DNA from: Myxococcota bacterium
Lineage (GTDB): Bacteria; Myxococcota_A; UBA9042; PHBI01; JAWLBL01
Direction of reading: 5' to 3'
Assembly: GCA_041687695.1 (NCBI GenBank)
Contig: JAWLBL010000001.1
Coordinates: 355,461 to 419,460 of the forward strand
Length of the DNA: 64,000 bases
Shown: positions 48,774 through 57,488 of the stretch, one piece after another
Layout of the letters: each line of letters begins with the position of its first letter
Position numbering within the stretch: position 1 is the first letter of the stretch
The notes under the pieces: model-generated
Seen by the model: the letters and a program-made list of their open reading frames with translations, nothing else
Database searches by the model: none
Told to the model about the DNA's origin: nothing
Made by a program: the position numbers and the translations under genes

Positions 48774-51529
48774 TGAGCACCTTCCTCTTGGCCTGGCCCG
48801 AGGCGGCCGCCCTGCTGGTCCCGGCCGCCCTGCTCTGGTGGCAGCTGGGCCGCCGCGGGCCCGGGCGCCTGATGCGCGCCGCGATGCTGGCCCTGCTGGT
48901 CGCCGCCGCCACCGGCCCCGAGCTGGCCTGGGACCGCGGCGGCAGCGACGTCGTGCTAGTGCTGGACCGCTCGGCCTCGATGGGCGAGGCCCGCGCCGCC
49001 CAGGACGAGCTGGTCCAGCTGGCCGCCGACGCGCGGCGCAGCGGCGACCGCCTGGGCGTGGTGGTCTTCGGCGACGGCGCCGGGGTCGCCCAGGCCCCGC
49101 AGGCCACCGGCCGTCCGCGCCTGACCGACCGCCCCGTGGGCGACTCGGGCAGCGATCTGGTCGACGCGCTGGCGCTGGCGGACGCGCTCATCGCCCCCGG
49201 CCGCAGCGGCCGCGTCCTGGTCCACAGCGACGGCGAGCTGACCGGCCCCAGCCCGCAGGGGGCTGCCGCGGCCCTGGCCCTGCGCGGGGTGCCGGTCGAC
49301 GCGCTGCCGGTGGCGCGTCCGCCTCTGCCCGACGCGGGGGTCGCGCGCATCGAGCTGCCGGCCTCGCTGGCGCTGGGCGAGAGCTTCATGGCCGCGGCGG
49401 TGGTGGTCGGCGACGCGGTCGAGCGGCGCGGCTGGCAGGTGGTCCGCCACGACGAACGGGGCGCGCACGTCGTCGCCCGCGGGCAGGTCGAGCTGGGGCC
49501 GGGGCTCGAGGTGGCGGTGACCTTCGCCGACCGGCCGGCGGCGCCGGGCGTGGTGACCTACGAGGTGACGCTGGAGGGGCAGGACCGGGTCCCCGGCAAC
49601 GACGTGGGGCGGGCGGCGCTGCGGGTGACCGGCGGCGAGCGGGTCCTGGTGATGGGCGGCGACGGCTCGGCGGGCAACCTGGCGCGCGCGGTGCAGGCCG
49701 CCGGCTTCGAGGTCGTCACGCGCCCCGAGGGGCCGGTGACGCTGGAAGAGCTGCTGGGGTACCGGGCGCTGGTGCTCGAGCAGGTCCCGGCCGACCGGCT
49801 GGGGCTGCCGGCGATGACCGCCATCGGGCAGTGGGTGCGTCACTTCGGCGGCGGGCTGGTGCTGACCGGTGGGCGGCGCGGCTTCGGCGCGGGCGGCTAC
49901 CACAAGAGCCCCATCGAGGAGGTGCTGCCGGTCACGCTGGAGCTGCGCGACGAGCACCGGCAGATGGCGGTCGCGATGGCGCTGACGCTGGACCGCTCGG
50001 GGTCGATGGCGGCCACGACCGACGACGGGCGGACCAAGATGGACCTGGCCAACGCGGGGGTGGCGGCCGCCATCGAGCTGCTGGGCCCGCACGACGAGGT
50101 GGCGGTGCACGCGGTCGACACACGCGCCCACGTTGTCGTGCCGCTGACGGCCGCCAGCGACACTGCCAGCCTGGTCGGGGCGGTCGCGGGCATCCGCTCC
50201 GAGGGCGGCGGCATCTACGTGTACGAGGCGCTGGTCGAGGCCGGCAAGGAGCTGCTGCGCTCGGACAAGGGCACGCGCCACCTGGTGCTGTTCGCGGACG
50301 CGGCCGACGCCGAGGAGCCGGGCGACTACCGTCGGCTGCTGGACGAGTACCGGGCCGCGGGCATCACCGTGTCGGTCATCGGGCTGGGCAGCGAGGCCGA
50401 CCCTGACGCGGCGCTGCTGGCCGACATCGCGCAGCGCGGCGGCGGCCGCCTCAGCTTCACCAGCCGCGCCGAGGACCTGCCGCGGGTGTTCGCGCAGGAG
50501 ACGGTCCTGGTGGCCCGCAGCGCCTGGGTCGACGCGCCGGTGACCCTGGTGCGCGAGCCGGCCCTGACGGCCCTGCTCGGCCCCAGCGAGGCGCTCGGCG
50601 GCCCCTGGCCCAGCGTGCCCGGCTACAACCTGACCTACGCCCGCCCGCGCGCGACCGTGCTGGCCACCGCCCCGGGCGACCCGACCGGCCCGGCGGTCGC
50701 CGCCTGGCGCGTCGGCACCGGCCACGCGGTCGCCCTGGCCTTCGATCTGGACGACCCCAAGGCGCCCGGGCTGCTGGCCTGGCCCGGCTACGCCCCGCTG
50801 GTCTCCAGCCTGGTCCGCTGGGCCAGCGGCGCGGGCCAGAGCGCCCTGGGGACCCTGTCCGCCGAGCGCGCCGGCCGCCACGTCACCCTGCGGCTCGAGC
50901 TGGACCCGGACGCGCACCGCGCCTGGCCGGTCGCCGCCCCGCAGGTCGCCCTGGCCCGCCCGGGCCAACTGGGGGACCCGGCGCTGCTGCCCCTGCAGCC
51001 GGTCGACGCCGGCCGCTACGAGGCGACCTTCCGCCTCGCCGACGACCAGCCGGTCCTGCCCTCGGCCATCCTGACGCCCGCCGACGCCCCCGATCGACCG
51101 GTCGCCATCCACGGCCCGGCCCTGCGCCTGGCCACCTCGCCCGAGACCGAGCCCCGCCTGGGCCGCCCCCCCGGCGCCCAGGCCCTGGCGCGGCTGACCC
51201 AGGCCACCCGCGGCGCCGTCCGCGCCGATCTGCACGGCCTGTACGACAACCCGCCCAGCCGCGGCACCCTGGCCCCGCTGGCCCCCTGGCTGGTGGCCCT
51301 GGCCCTGGCGCTGCTCCTGCTCGAGATCGCCACCCGCCGCATGGACCTGCGCTGGCGCCGTCCCCGACGCGCCGCCCCCCGCCCCGAGCCGCTCCGCGCG
51401 CCCAGGGCGACCCCGGCGCCGGCCGCCGAGGCCCCGACCCCGACCTCGCCCACGCAGCCGCCCCCTCCTCAGCCCACCCAGGGCCTGCACGAGGCCCTGC
51501 GCGAGCTGCAAAAGCGCGGCCGTCGCTAG
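48773..51529 (+). CDS. Double-vWA protein with glutamine amidotransferase-like domain
   Basis: [21 protein letters not shown]...GGY...IEEVLPV, LDRSGSM, C-terminal TM. Confidence 0.9.
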   Translation: MSTFLLAWPEAAALLVPAALLWWQLGRRGPGRLMRAAMLALLVAAATGPELAWDRGGSDVVLVLDRSASMGEARAAQDELVQLAADARRSGDRLGVVVFGDGAGVAQAPQATGRPRLTDRPVGDSGSDLVDALALADALIAPGRSGRVLVHSDGELTGPSPQGAAAALALRGVPVDALPVARPPLPDAGVARIELPASLALGESFMAAAVVVGDAVERRGWQVVRHDERGAHVVARGQVELGPGLEVAVTFADRPAAPGVVTYEVTLEGQDRVPGNDVGRAALRVTGGERVLVMGGDGSAGNLARAVQAAGFEVVTRPEGPVTLEELLGYRALVLEQVPADRLGLPAMTAIGQWVRHFGGGLVLTGGRRGFGAGGYHKSPIEEVLPVTLELRDEHRQMAVAMALTLDRSGSMAATTDDGRTKMDLANAGVAAAIELLGPHDEVAVHAVDTRAHVVVPLTAASDTASLVGAVAGIRSEGGGIYVYEALVEAGKELLRSDKGTRHLVLFADAADAEEPGDYRRLLDEYRAAGITVSVIGLGSEADPDAALLADIAQRGGGRLSFTSRAEDLPRVFAQETVLVARSAWVDAPVTLVREPALTALLGPSEALGGPWPSVPGYNLTYARPRATVLATAPGDPTGPAVAAWRVGTGHAVALAFDLDDPKAPGLLAWPGYAPLVSSLVRWASGAGQSALGTLSAERAGRHVTLRLELDPDAHRAWPVAAPQVALARPGQLGDPALLPLQPVDAGRYEATFRLADDQPVLPSAILTPADAPDRPVAIHGPALRLATSPETEPRLGRPPGAQALARLTQATRGAVRADLHGLYDNPPSRGTLAPLAPWLVALALALLLLEIATRRMDLRWRRPRRAAPRPEPLRAPRATPAPAAEAPTPTSPTQPPPPQPTQGLHEALRELQKRGRR

Positions 51530-51664
51530 GGGCTCTAATCCCGCTGCCACCGCACGGGTTCGAAGGAGGCGCCGCAATCCCATAGCGCAGGCGTGGCCTG
51601 CGCGGTCCACAGCCGCCTGCGGCGGCGGAACGAAGCGCCCTCCGCCCTGGGACCGCCGGCTTCC

Positions 51665-51836
51665 AGAGGGTGTCGTATCGATGCCGGCGGAGGCGGCCTT
51701 GGAGTGCTCCGGCTTGCCGGAGCCCCGGCCCCGGCTTGCCGCCGGGATCTGGCCGCCAAACCCGGCGCAGCAAGCTGCGCCGAATGGGGGCTCCACCAAG
51801 GTGGAGCACTCCGGTTGGGCTTTTGCGACACCCTCT
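51665..51836. mobile_element. MITE/REPIN-like element, copy 1
   Basis: 11-bp perfect terminal inverted repeat AGAGGGTGTCG...CGACACCCTCT. Inward-facing GGAGTG-hairpin motifs and internal GC-TT/AA-GC hairpins. Confidence 0.7.
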
Positions 51837-51898
51837 TCCTACCGGCCCGGCAGCTCGTCCAGCCGCCGACTCCGGCCCTCCTGGGACCGCCGGCTTCC

Positions 51899-52073
51899 AG
51901 AGGGCGTCGTATTGATGCCGGCGGAGGCGGCCTTGGAGTGCTCCGGCTTGCCGGAGCCCCGGCCCCGGCGGCTTGCCGCCGGGATCTGGCCGCCAAACCC
52001 GGCGCAGCAAGCTGCGCCGAATGGGGGCTCCACCAAGGTGGAGCACTCCGGTTGGGCTTTTGCGACACCCTCT
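51899..52073. mobile_element. MITE/REPIN-like element, copy 2 (tandem duplication, period 234 bp including flanks)
   Basis: 51881-52092 is nearly identical to 51647-51855. Confidence 0.7.
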
Positions 52074-52114
52074 TCCTACCCGCCCGGCAGCTCCGACCCA
52101 CCCGACCGACCGCC

Positions 52115-52894
52115 TCAACCGCCCGGCGCCTCATCGTGCGCCGCAACATGGGGCAGGAAGATGGCCAGCCGCAGCGTCCGCAGACCCACCGCCGCGGGGG
52201 TGCCGAGGCTCGTGGTCACCCCGTCGAAGGCCAGCACGCGGTCGCCCACCCGCAGCGCGATGCGGGTCATCAACGGCGGGCGGCGCCGGCGATCGAGCGC
52301 CTCGAGCGCGTCGGCGTGGCGGGCGGACAGCTCGGCCCACAGGGTCTGCAGGTGGGGCTCGGGCGCGCCGTGGCCGCGCAGCATGGCGTCGCGGACGCGG
52401 CGCAGGTACAGCGCCGTCAGCGGGTCGCCGCCGTCGAAGTGGGGCGCGAGGCGGGCCAGCAGGCGGTGACCGGAGCTGGGCACCCCCAGCAGCGGATCGA
52501 GCGACCCCACCAGGGGCTCGGTGAGCGCGCGGAAGGCGCCGTTGACCGCGTGCAGGGTGCCGAGCACGTCGTGGACCGCGGCCGGACGCGGCTCGAGGCC
52601 GGCCATGAGCGCGTCCAGATCGCGGCGCAGCTCGGCCAGCAGCTCGGGGTCGGGCGGCGGCTCCCCGGCGTCGGGCAGGTAACCGGCCGCCTCGAGGAAG
52701 GCCGCGCGCTCGGGCGCGGGGACGTCGAGCGCCTGGGCCAGCCACAGGACGGCGTCGCGGCTGGGCTGGGCCTTGCCGTTCTCGATGAAGTTCAGGTGGC
52801 GCGTCGACACGCCGGCGCGCTCGGACAGCTCGAACTGCGACATCCCCCGGATCGTGCGCCAGTGCTCGAGCAGCGCTCCGATTCGCACTTTCAT
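52115..52894 (-). CDS. XRE-family HTH regulator with MmyB-like C-terminal domain
   Basis: WRTIRGMSQFELSERAGVSTRHLNFIENGKAQPSR...ERAAFLEAAGY; C-terminal TTSLGTP. Confidence 0.9.
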   Translation of the reverse strand: MKVRIGALLEHWRTIRGMSQFELSERAGVSTRHLNFIENGKAQPSRDAVLWLAQALDVPAPERAAFLEAAGYLPDAGEPPPDPELLAELRRDLDALMAGLEPRPAAVHDVLGTLHAVNGAFRALTEPLVGSLDPLLGVPSSGHRLLARLAPHFDGGDPLTALYLRRVRDAMLRGHGAPEPHLQTLWAELSARHADALEALDRRRRPPLMTRIALRVGDRVLAFDGVTTSLGTPAAVGLRTLRLAIFLPHVAAHDEAPGG

Positions 52895-52997
52895 GGTGAA
52901 CCTCCGCAGAGCCGGGATCGTACTGCGCCGCAGAGCAAGCCACCAGCCCACCGGCGCGCGTCGACCCACGGGCTCCCGCACCCAGCCGTCGCGCGAC

Positions 52998-53014
52998 ATG
53001 ACCTCCGAGGTCAT
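52998..53014. promoter_or_regulatory. Palindromic operator candidate for the XRE regulator
   Basis: Perfect ATGACCTC-C-GAGGTCAT between the divergent XRE and C39-like genes. Confidence 0.65.
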
Positions 53015-53049
53015 TTCGGGGCGCGACGGCCCCGGCTACGGTCGTCACC

Positions 53050-54441
53050 ATGCTCGACTCCATCCTCGACGCCTTCCCCTCCTGGGGTGGGGCCTCCTCC
53101 AAGGCCGCGCCCCAGCCCTCCGACCCCCAGCCCACCGGCGGCCTGCTCGGCGGCCTGTCCTCGCTCGGCTACAAGGCCGCCAAGGCGGCGCTGACGCCGC
53201 TGTCGGGCCCCGCGAAGTCGGCGTTTCCCGGGCTCGAGGGCCTGGTCCGCGGCCTCATCGCCGCCGGGCGGCGCGACGAGAACGCGCTGACCGACGAGCT
53301 GCTCTACCGGCAGTACCCCGGGCTGCGCGGCATGAAGCTGAAGGCCGGCTCGCAGGAGGCGCGCGAGTGGCTGCGGCTGCGCGACGAGGTGGTCCGGCCG
53401 GCCCTCGCCGCGGCGGCGCGCGAAGCCGCGGCCAAGGGCGACGGGAAGAGCGGCGGCGCCTCCAAGGAGGCGGCCGGCGGCGGCGGAGCGGCCCCCCAGC
53501 CGTCCGCCCCGCTGGGTCCCGTGGCGCCCATGGGCGAGCACGAGGCCTACTACAACCAGAACGACAACTCGTACGACGACGGCGTCTCCGAGTGGGCGGG
53601 GGGCTCGGCCGGCAAGAACACCTGCAACATGACCGCGCTCACGATGGCGCTGGTGAGCATGGCCGGCTCCGAGGCGCGCGCCCGCGAGGCCGTTATCGCG
53701 CTACTGCACAAGACCGGCGTGCGGAGCGGCGCGGCCGCCAAGGTGGGCGGCAAGAAGATCGATCTGGCCAAGGCCCTCAAAGACCCCGCCAAGCTGGCCG
53801 ACGTGCAGCTCGAGGACCTGGTCATCGCGGCGGCCGTGTCGATCACCAACGACTACGACGCGGTCACCAAGACGGGGACCATCCTGAAGGTGGCCAAGGC
53901 GACCGGGCTGGTGACCGGCGGCAAGGCCTACGCGTCCACCGAGAAGCTGTACGACCCCGAGACGCTGCAGCGGGCGCGCGATCTCCTGGCGGCGGGGCAG
54001 CGGGTCGTGGTCGGGACCAAGAACCACTACGTGTATCTGGTCGGAGTGCGCGACGACGGCATCGTGGTGCACGACCCGGCCGGCGCGCGCGTCGCGGTGG
54101 ACAGCGACAAGTACATCTGGCCGGGGGCGCCGTCGGCCAAGGTGGGCGGCTGGTTGGGGCGGCTGAAGGACGCCGACCGCCGCGAGACGCTGGTGCGGCG
54201 CATGGCGACCAACCCGGCGGCCCGGCCGGCCATGGAGAAGGTTGCGCAGATCGCGGCGCTCAAGGGCGCCGAGCGCAGCCAGGCCCTGGCCGAGCTGAAG
54301 GAGCAGTTCACGGGCTCGGTCGACACGGGCGCGAGCAACTACTACTCGCTCGCGGATCTGAAGACCTACAACGCCCGCATCCGGGTGGTGCTCGAGGGCC
54401 AGCAGGCCGAGGACGCGGGCCAGACCCTCGCGTCCCCGTGA
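53050..54441 (+). CDS. Protein with papain-fold C39-like peptidase domain
   Basis: YYNQNDN (oxyanion Gln), TCNMTALTMAL (Cys), NHYVYLVG (His), VVHDPAG (Asp). Confidence 0.78.
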   Translation: MLDSILDAFPSWGGASSKAAPQPSDPQPTGGLLGGLSSLGYKAAKAALTPLSGPAKSAFPGLEGLVRGLIAAGRRDENALTDELLYRQYPGLRGMKLKAGSQEAREWLRLRDEVVRPALAAAAREAAAKGDGKSGGASKEAAGGGGAAPQPSAPLGPVAPMGEHEAYYNQNDNSYDDGVSEWAGGSAGKNTCNMTALTMALVSMAGSEARAREAVIALLHKTGVRSGAAAKVGGKKIDLAKALKDPAKLADVQLEDLVIAAAVSITNDYDAVTKTGTILKVAKATGLVTGGKAYASTEKLYDPETLQRARDLLAAGQRVVVGTKNHYVYLVGVRDDGIVVHDPAGARVAVDSDKYIWPGAPSAKVGGWLGRLKDADRRETLVRRMATNPAARPAMEKVAQIAALKGAERSQALAELKEQFTGSVDTGASNYYSLADLKTYNARIRVVLEGQQAEDAGQTLASP

Positions 54442-54451
54442 CCCTTGGACC

Positions 54452-54778
54452 CTACGCGACGCCCAGCAGCTCGACCTCGAAGACCAGGGTGGCGTTCGGC
54501 GGGATGACGCCGCCGGCGCCGCGCGCCCCGTAGCCCATCTCCGGCGGGATGGTCAGCTTGCGCTTGCCGCCGACCTTCATGCCGGCGACGCCCTCGTCCC
54601 AGCCGCGGATGACGCGCCCGGCGCCCAGCGGGAAGCGGAACGGCTGGCCGCGGTCGACCGACGAGTCGAACTTGGTGCCGTCGGTCAGCCAGCCCGTGTA
54701 GTGCACGTTGACCGTCTGCCCGGCCTTCGCCTCGTCGCCCTCGCCGACCTTCACATCCTCGATCTGCAGCTCCGCCAT
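54452..54778 (-). CDS. FKBP-type peptidyl-prolyl isomerase
   Basis: [42 protein letters not shown]. Confidence 0.97.
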   Translation of the reverse strand: MAELQIEDVKVGEGDEAKAGQTVNVHYTGWLTDGTKFDSSVDRGQPFRFPLGAGRVIRGWDEGVAGMKVGGKRKLTIPPEMGYGARGAGGVIPPNATLVFEVELLGVA

Positions 54779-54815
54779 GGGGCTCTCCTCGTCCGTGGTA
54801 GGTGGAGCGCCCGCC

Positions 54816-55067
54816 CTACCCCTTCGGGCCATCCCCGTCAACCGCGCGCCCCCGAGCGGCGCCGTGCAGATGCCGCGTCAGCTCCATCAGCGCCCGCAGC
54901 TCCTCGAGCCGCCGCGCCGCCCCCACCTCCAGCGGCTCCTCGTCCTCGGGCGGCGGCGTCATCAGGGCGCGCGCCTCGTCCTCGGTCATCGGCACGTACA
55001 GCCGCCGCAGCTCCTCGAGCCGCGCCGCCACCGCCTCGGGCGACATGTCCACCTCGCGCCGCTTCAC
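54816..55067 (-). CDS. Small hypothetical protein with internal RLEELR repeat
   Basis: GTG start overlaps the GyrI stop. [17 protein letters not shown]...[10 protein letters not shown]. Confidence 0.65.
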   Translation of the reverse strand: MKRREVDMSPEAVAARLEELRRLYVPMTEDEARALMTPPPEDEEPLEVGAARRLEELRALMELTRHLHGAARGRAVDGDGPKG

Positions 55068-55519
55068 CCGCGCACCGGGACGTACAGCTCGGTCACCGGC
55101 GTGCCGCCGTCCTGCCCGCCGTCGACGTACCGTTCGAAGCACGGCCGCGCGAGCTCGGTCGCCGCGCCCTCGGCCTTCAGCGCGCCTACGAACTCGCCCC
55201 AGGCGCCGGGCAGCCCGTCGAACGGCCCGCGGTAGGTCCACACGGCGTACGGCCCGCCCTCGACGCGCAGCTCCTCGAACGGCGCCCCGACGACGAAGGC
55301 CTCGTCCACGACGAGGCCCGCGGCGTACCACGCCATCCCGGCCGGCCCGAGGCCCAGGCTGCTCGTCTGGAACACCGCCACCGGCCGCGGCACCAGGCCT
55401 TGGCGCTGAAGCTCGCCCATCGCGGGCATGAAGGCCTGCCAGACCGCGCCGAAGTCCTCCACCGGCCGCTGCACCATCGCCGCCAGCCGCATCCCCTCCA
55501 CCGAGCGCAACGTGAACAT
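55064..55519 (-). CDS. GyrI-like small-molecule-binding protein
   Basis: GGPYAVWTYRGPFDGLPGAW, CFERY, TELYVPV. GAGGGAGGGG RBS. Confidence 0.9.
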   Translation of the reverse strand: MFTLRSVEGMRLAAMVQRPVEDFGAVWQAFMPAMGELQRQGLVPRPVAVFQTSSLGLGPAGMAWYAAGLVVDEAFVVGAPFEELRVEGGPYAVWTYRGPFDGLPGAWGEFVGALKAEGAATELARPCFERYVDGGQDGGTPVTELYVPVRG

Positions 55520-55618
55520 GGCTCCCCTCCCTCACCCGGTCGCATCGTCGAACGCGGACCATCCCATACACCGAGCCGGCCCCCACCACCACGCCGCGGA
55601 CGCGCCCTCATTGGACAA

Positions 55619-55978
55619 CCGACCTCCAGAGGTCCAACGACCAGCTCCCGAAGTGGTCGACCGACCTCCAGAGGTCCAACGACCACTTCACGAAGTGGTC
55701 GACCAACCTCCAGAGGTCCAACGACCACTTCACGAAGTGGTCGACCGACCTCCGGAGGTCCAACGACCAACTCCCGAAGTGGTCGACCGACCTCCAGAGG
55801 TCCAACGACCAGCTCCCGAAGTGGTCGACCGACCTCCAGTGGTCCAACGACCAACTCCCGAAGTTGGTCGCCCGACTAGTTCCTTTACGACCCTCCACCT
55901 CGACGAACGGGTCGACCGAGGTCTCGACCTCCAACCACCAACCCGCGAAGTGGTCGCCCGAGGTCCCGACCTCCAACG
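55619..55978. repeat. 42-bp tandem repeat with internal palindromes: 6 near-perfect units plus degenerate units
   Basis: Unit CCGACCTCCAGAGGTCCAACGACCA(G/C/A)(C/T)TC(C/A)CGAAGTGGTCGA starting at 55619, 55661, 55703, 55745, 55787 and 55829. Confidence 0.95.
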
Positions 55979-56039
55979 CCCCATGCTGGCGCCCGCTGCG
56001 CCATTGCTCGCCGGCTCCAGCGCGCCCAAGCTGACACTC

Positions 56040-56276
56040 ATGAACCCGAACGACGAGCTGGTCCTGCGCGCCGACCCCGCGGACGCCGAGCCCTCCGAGG
56101 TGCCCGGCCTCACCCGCGGTGAGTTCGACGAGCTCGCGGACAACCTCCGTTGGTTCTCCCGCGTCCCGCTGCGCGCCAAGCTCCGCGCCATCGCCCAGCA
56201 CCAGGCCGAGGCCCGCCGCCTGCAAGCCATGACCCGCCGCGAGCCGGGGCTCAAGACGGGACGCGGCCCAGGCTGA
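56040..56276 (+). CDS. Small hypothetical protein, possibly antitoxin-like
   Basis: 78 aa with typical codon usage (DNLRWFSRVPLRAKLRAI). The function is a guess. Confidence 0.55.
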   Translation: MNPNDELVLRADPADAEPSEVPGLTRGEFDELADNLRWFSRVPLRAKLRAIAQHQAEARRLQAMTRREPGLKTGRGPG

Positions 56277-56359
56277 TCAGGGCGAGTCGCGTCGTCGGCT
56301 CCAAGACAGCGCGAGTCTGGCAAGCGGAATCGCAGGGGTTTGCGGCCCGCCGGTTGGTC

Positions 56360-56527
56360 GAGGCCGTTGCAGAAAACCCGCCCGGAGTGCTCCACCTTGG
56401 TGGAGCCCCCTATCGGCGCAGCTTGCTGCGCCGGATGGGCGGCCAGATCCCGGCGGCAAGCCGCCGGGGAAGAGGCGCGAGCAAGCTCGCGCACTCCCGG
56501 TTGCCTCGGTGCCTATGCGGCAGCCTG
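56360..56527. mobile_element. MITE/REPIN-like element, copy 3 (inverted, diverged)
   Basis: The reverse complement of 56382-56469 matches the core of copy 2. Imperfect termini GAGGCCGTTGC...GCGGCAGCCTG. Confidence 0.65.
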
Positions 56528-56555
56528 AGGGAGCCGGTGGCTCCAGCTGGGAGCA

Positions 56556-56804
56556 TCACGAAGGCTTACCCTCGAATGCATCGAGCAGGTCGGGCGGCAG
56601 GGGGGCGTCGAAGTCGTCGGCGATGCGGACCCGGCCCTCCCAGCCGCCGGGGCGGCGGCGCGGCCTGCGGGTCTCGAGCGGCACCAGCTTCGCTAGCGGG
56701 ATCCCGTCCTTCGCGATGACGACCTCTTCGCCGGCCGCCACGCGTTCGAGGAGGTCGGACAGCGTGCCACCGTTCTCCGTGACTTCGAATTGAGCTTCGG
56801 GCAA
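56556..56804 (-). CDS. Phd/YefM-family antitoxin (orphan)
   Basis: LSDLLERVAAGEEVVIAKDGIPLAKLVP...RRPGGWEG...IADDFDAPLP. GAAGGAGG RBS before TTG. No toxin gene follows. Confidence 0.8.
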   Translation of the reverse strand: MPEAQFEVTENGGTLSDLLERVAAGEEVVIAKDGIPLAKLVPLETRRPRRRPGGWEGRVRIADDFDAPLPPDLLDAFEGKPS

Positions 56805-56882
56805 GGGCCCCTCCTTCAAACGTCTTAGGACCAAGGTGGGTCGCCTGGGTTTGGGGCGTCAAGTGCGGCGCCCGGCGCCGGG

Positions 56883-57302
56883 TCAGCGCAGGCCGACGTT
56901 CTTTTCGGCGTCGAGCAGGCGGACGTACTTCTTGGGGGCGACGGCGCGGAAGGACTCCTCGATGAGGGTCTTCACCTCGGCGACGTCGGGCAGGGCGTCG
57001 CGGCTGAAGGTCAGCGAGACCCAGCCGGACTTGCCCAGGTTGTAGCCGGTCGGCTCGGCGTTGGGGCGGGTCAGGACGTCGGGGCCGGACTCGGGCAGCT
57101 TGACCGACAGGCCGAAGGAGCCGTCCTCGCGCAGCTCGCCCTTGCCGAGGAAGGCGAAGACCTTCTTGCCGACCTTGGCGACGCGCTCGCCCCAGGGGAA
57201 GTCCTCCCAGGCGCCGGGCAGCTTCAGGGCGTGGCCGTGGATGGCGTCGAGGGCCTCGAGCGCCGCGCGGGTCTTGGGATCCATCTCGGTCGGCTGGCTC
57301 AT
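56883..57302 (-). CDS. MmcQ/YjbR-family protein
   Basis: LPGAWEDFPWGERVAKVGKKVFAFLG, GYNLGKSGWV, IEESFRAVAPK. Confidence 0.9.
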   Translation of the reverse strand: MSQPTEMDPKTRAALEALDAIHGHALKLPGAWEDFPWGERVAKVGKKVFAFLGKGELREDGSFGLSVKLPESGPDVLTRPNAEPTGYNLGKSGWVSLTFSRDALPDVAEVKTLIEESFRAVAPKKYVRLLDAEKNVGLR

Positions 57303-57488
57303 CGGGTGCCCTCCACATGGGGCGTGATGGTGCGCGGCCGAGCATCTGCCAAGCCGGCGAGTCGGGCAATGCCCGCTGCGTCGTGGGATTGTTCACCTGG
57401 CCGAACGCTGTGTTGCGCGGTGCCCGCTTGGCGGGGGGCGGCGCCGATGCCAGAGTTGGGACGTGACGCAAGGCATGGAGGCGCGCCG

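Noticed and set aside
51535..52149. ORFs across the 234-bp duplication
   Set aside because: These are translations of palindromic repeat DNA with no protein motifs.
55619..55870. CRISPR array
   Set aside because: The units are contiguous near-identical 42-mers with no unique spacers, and there are no cas genes in the window.
55428..56039. Repeat-protein ORF through the 42-bp array
   Set aside because: The array is open in several frames on both strands, the ORF overlaps the GyrI gene antisense, and the palindromic DNA structure suggests a non-coding origin.
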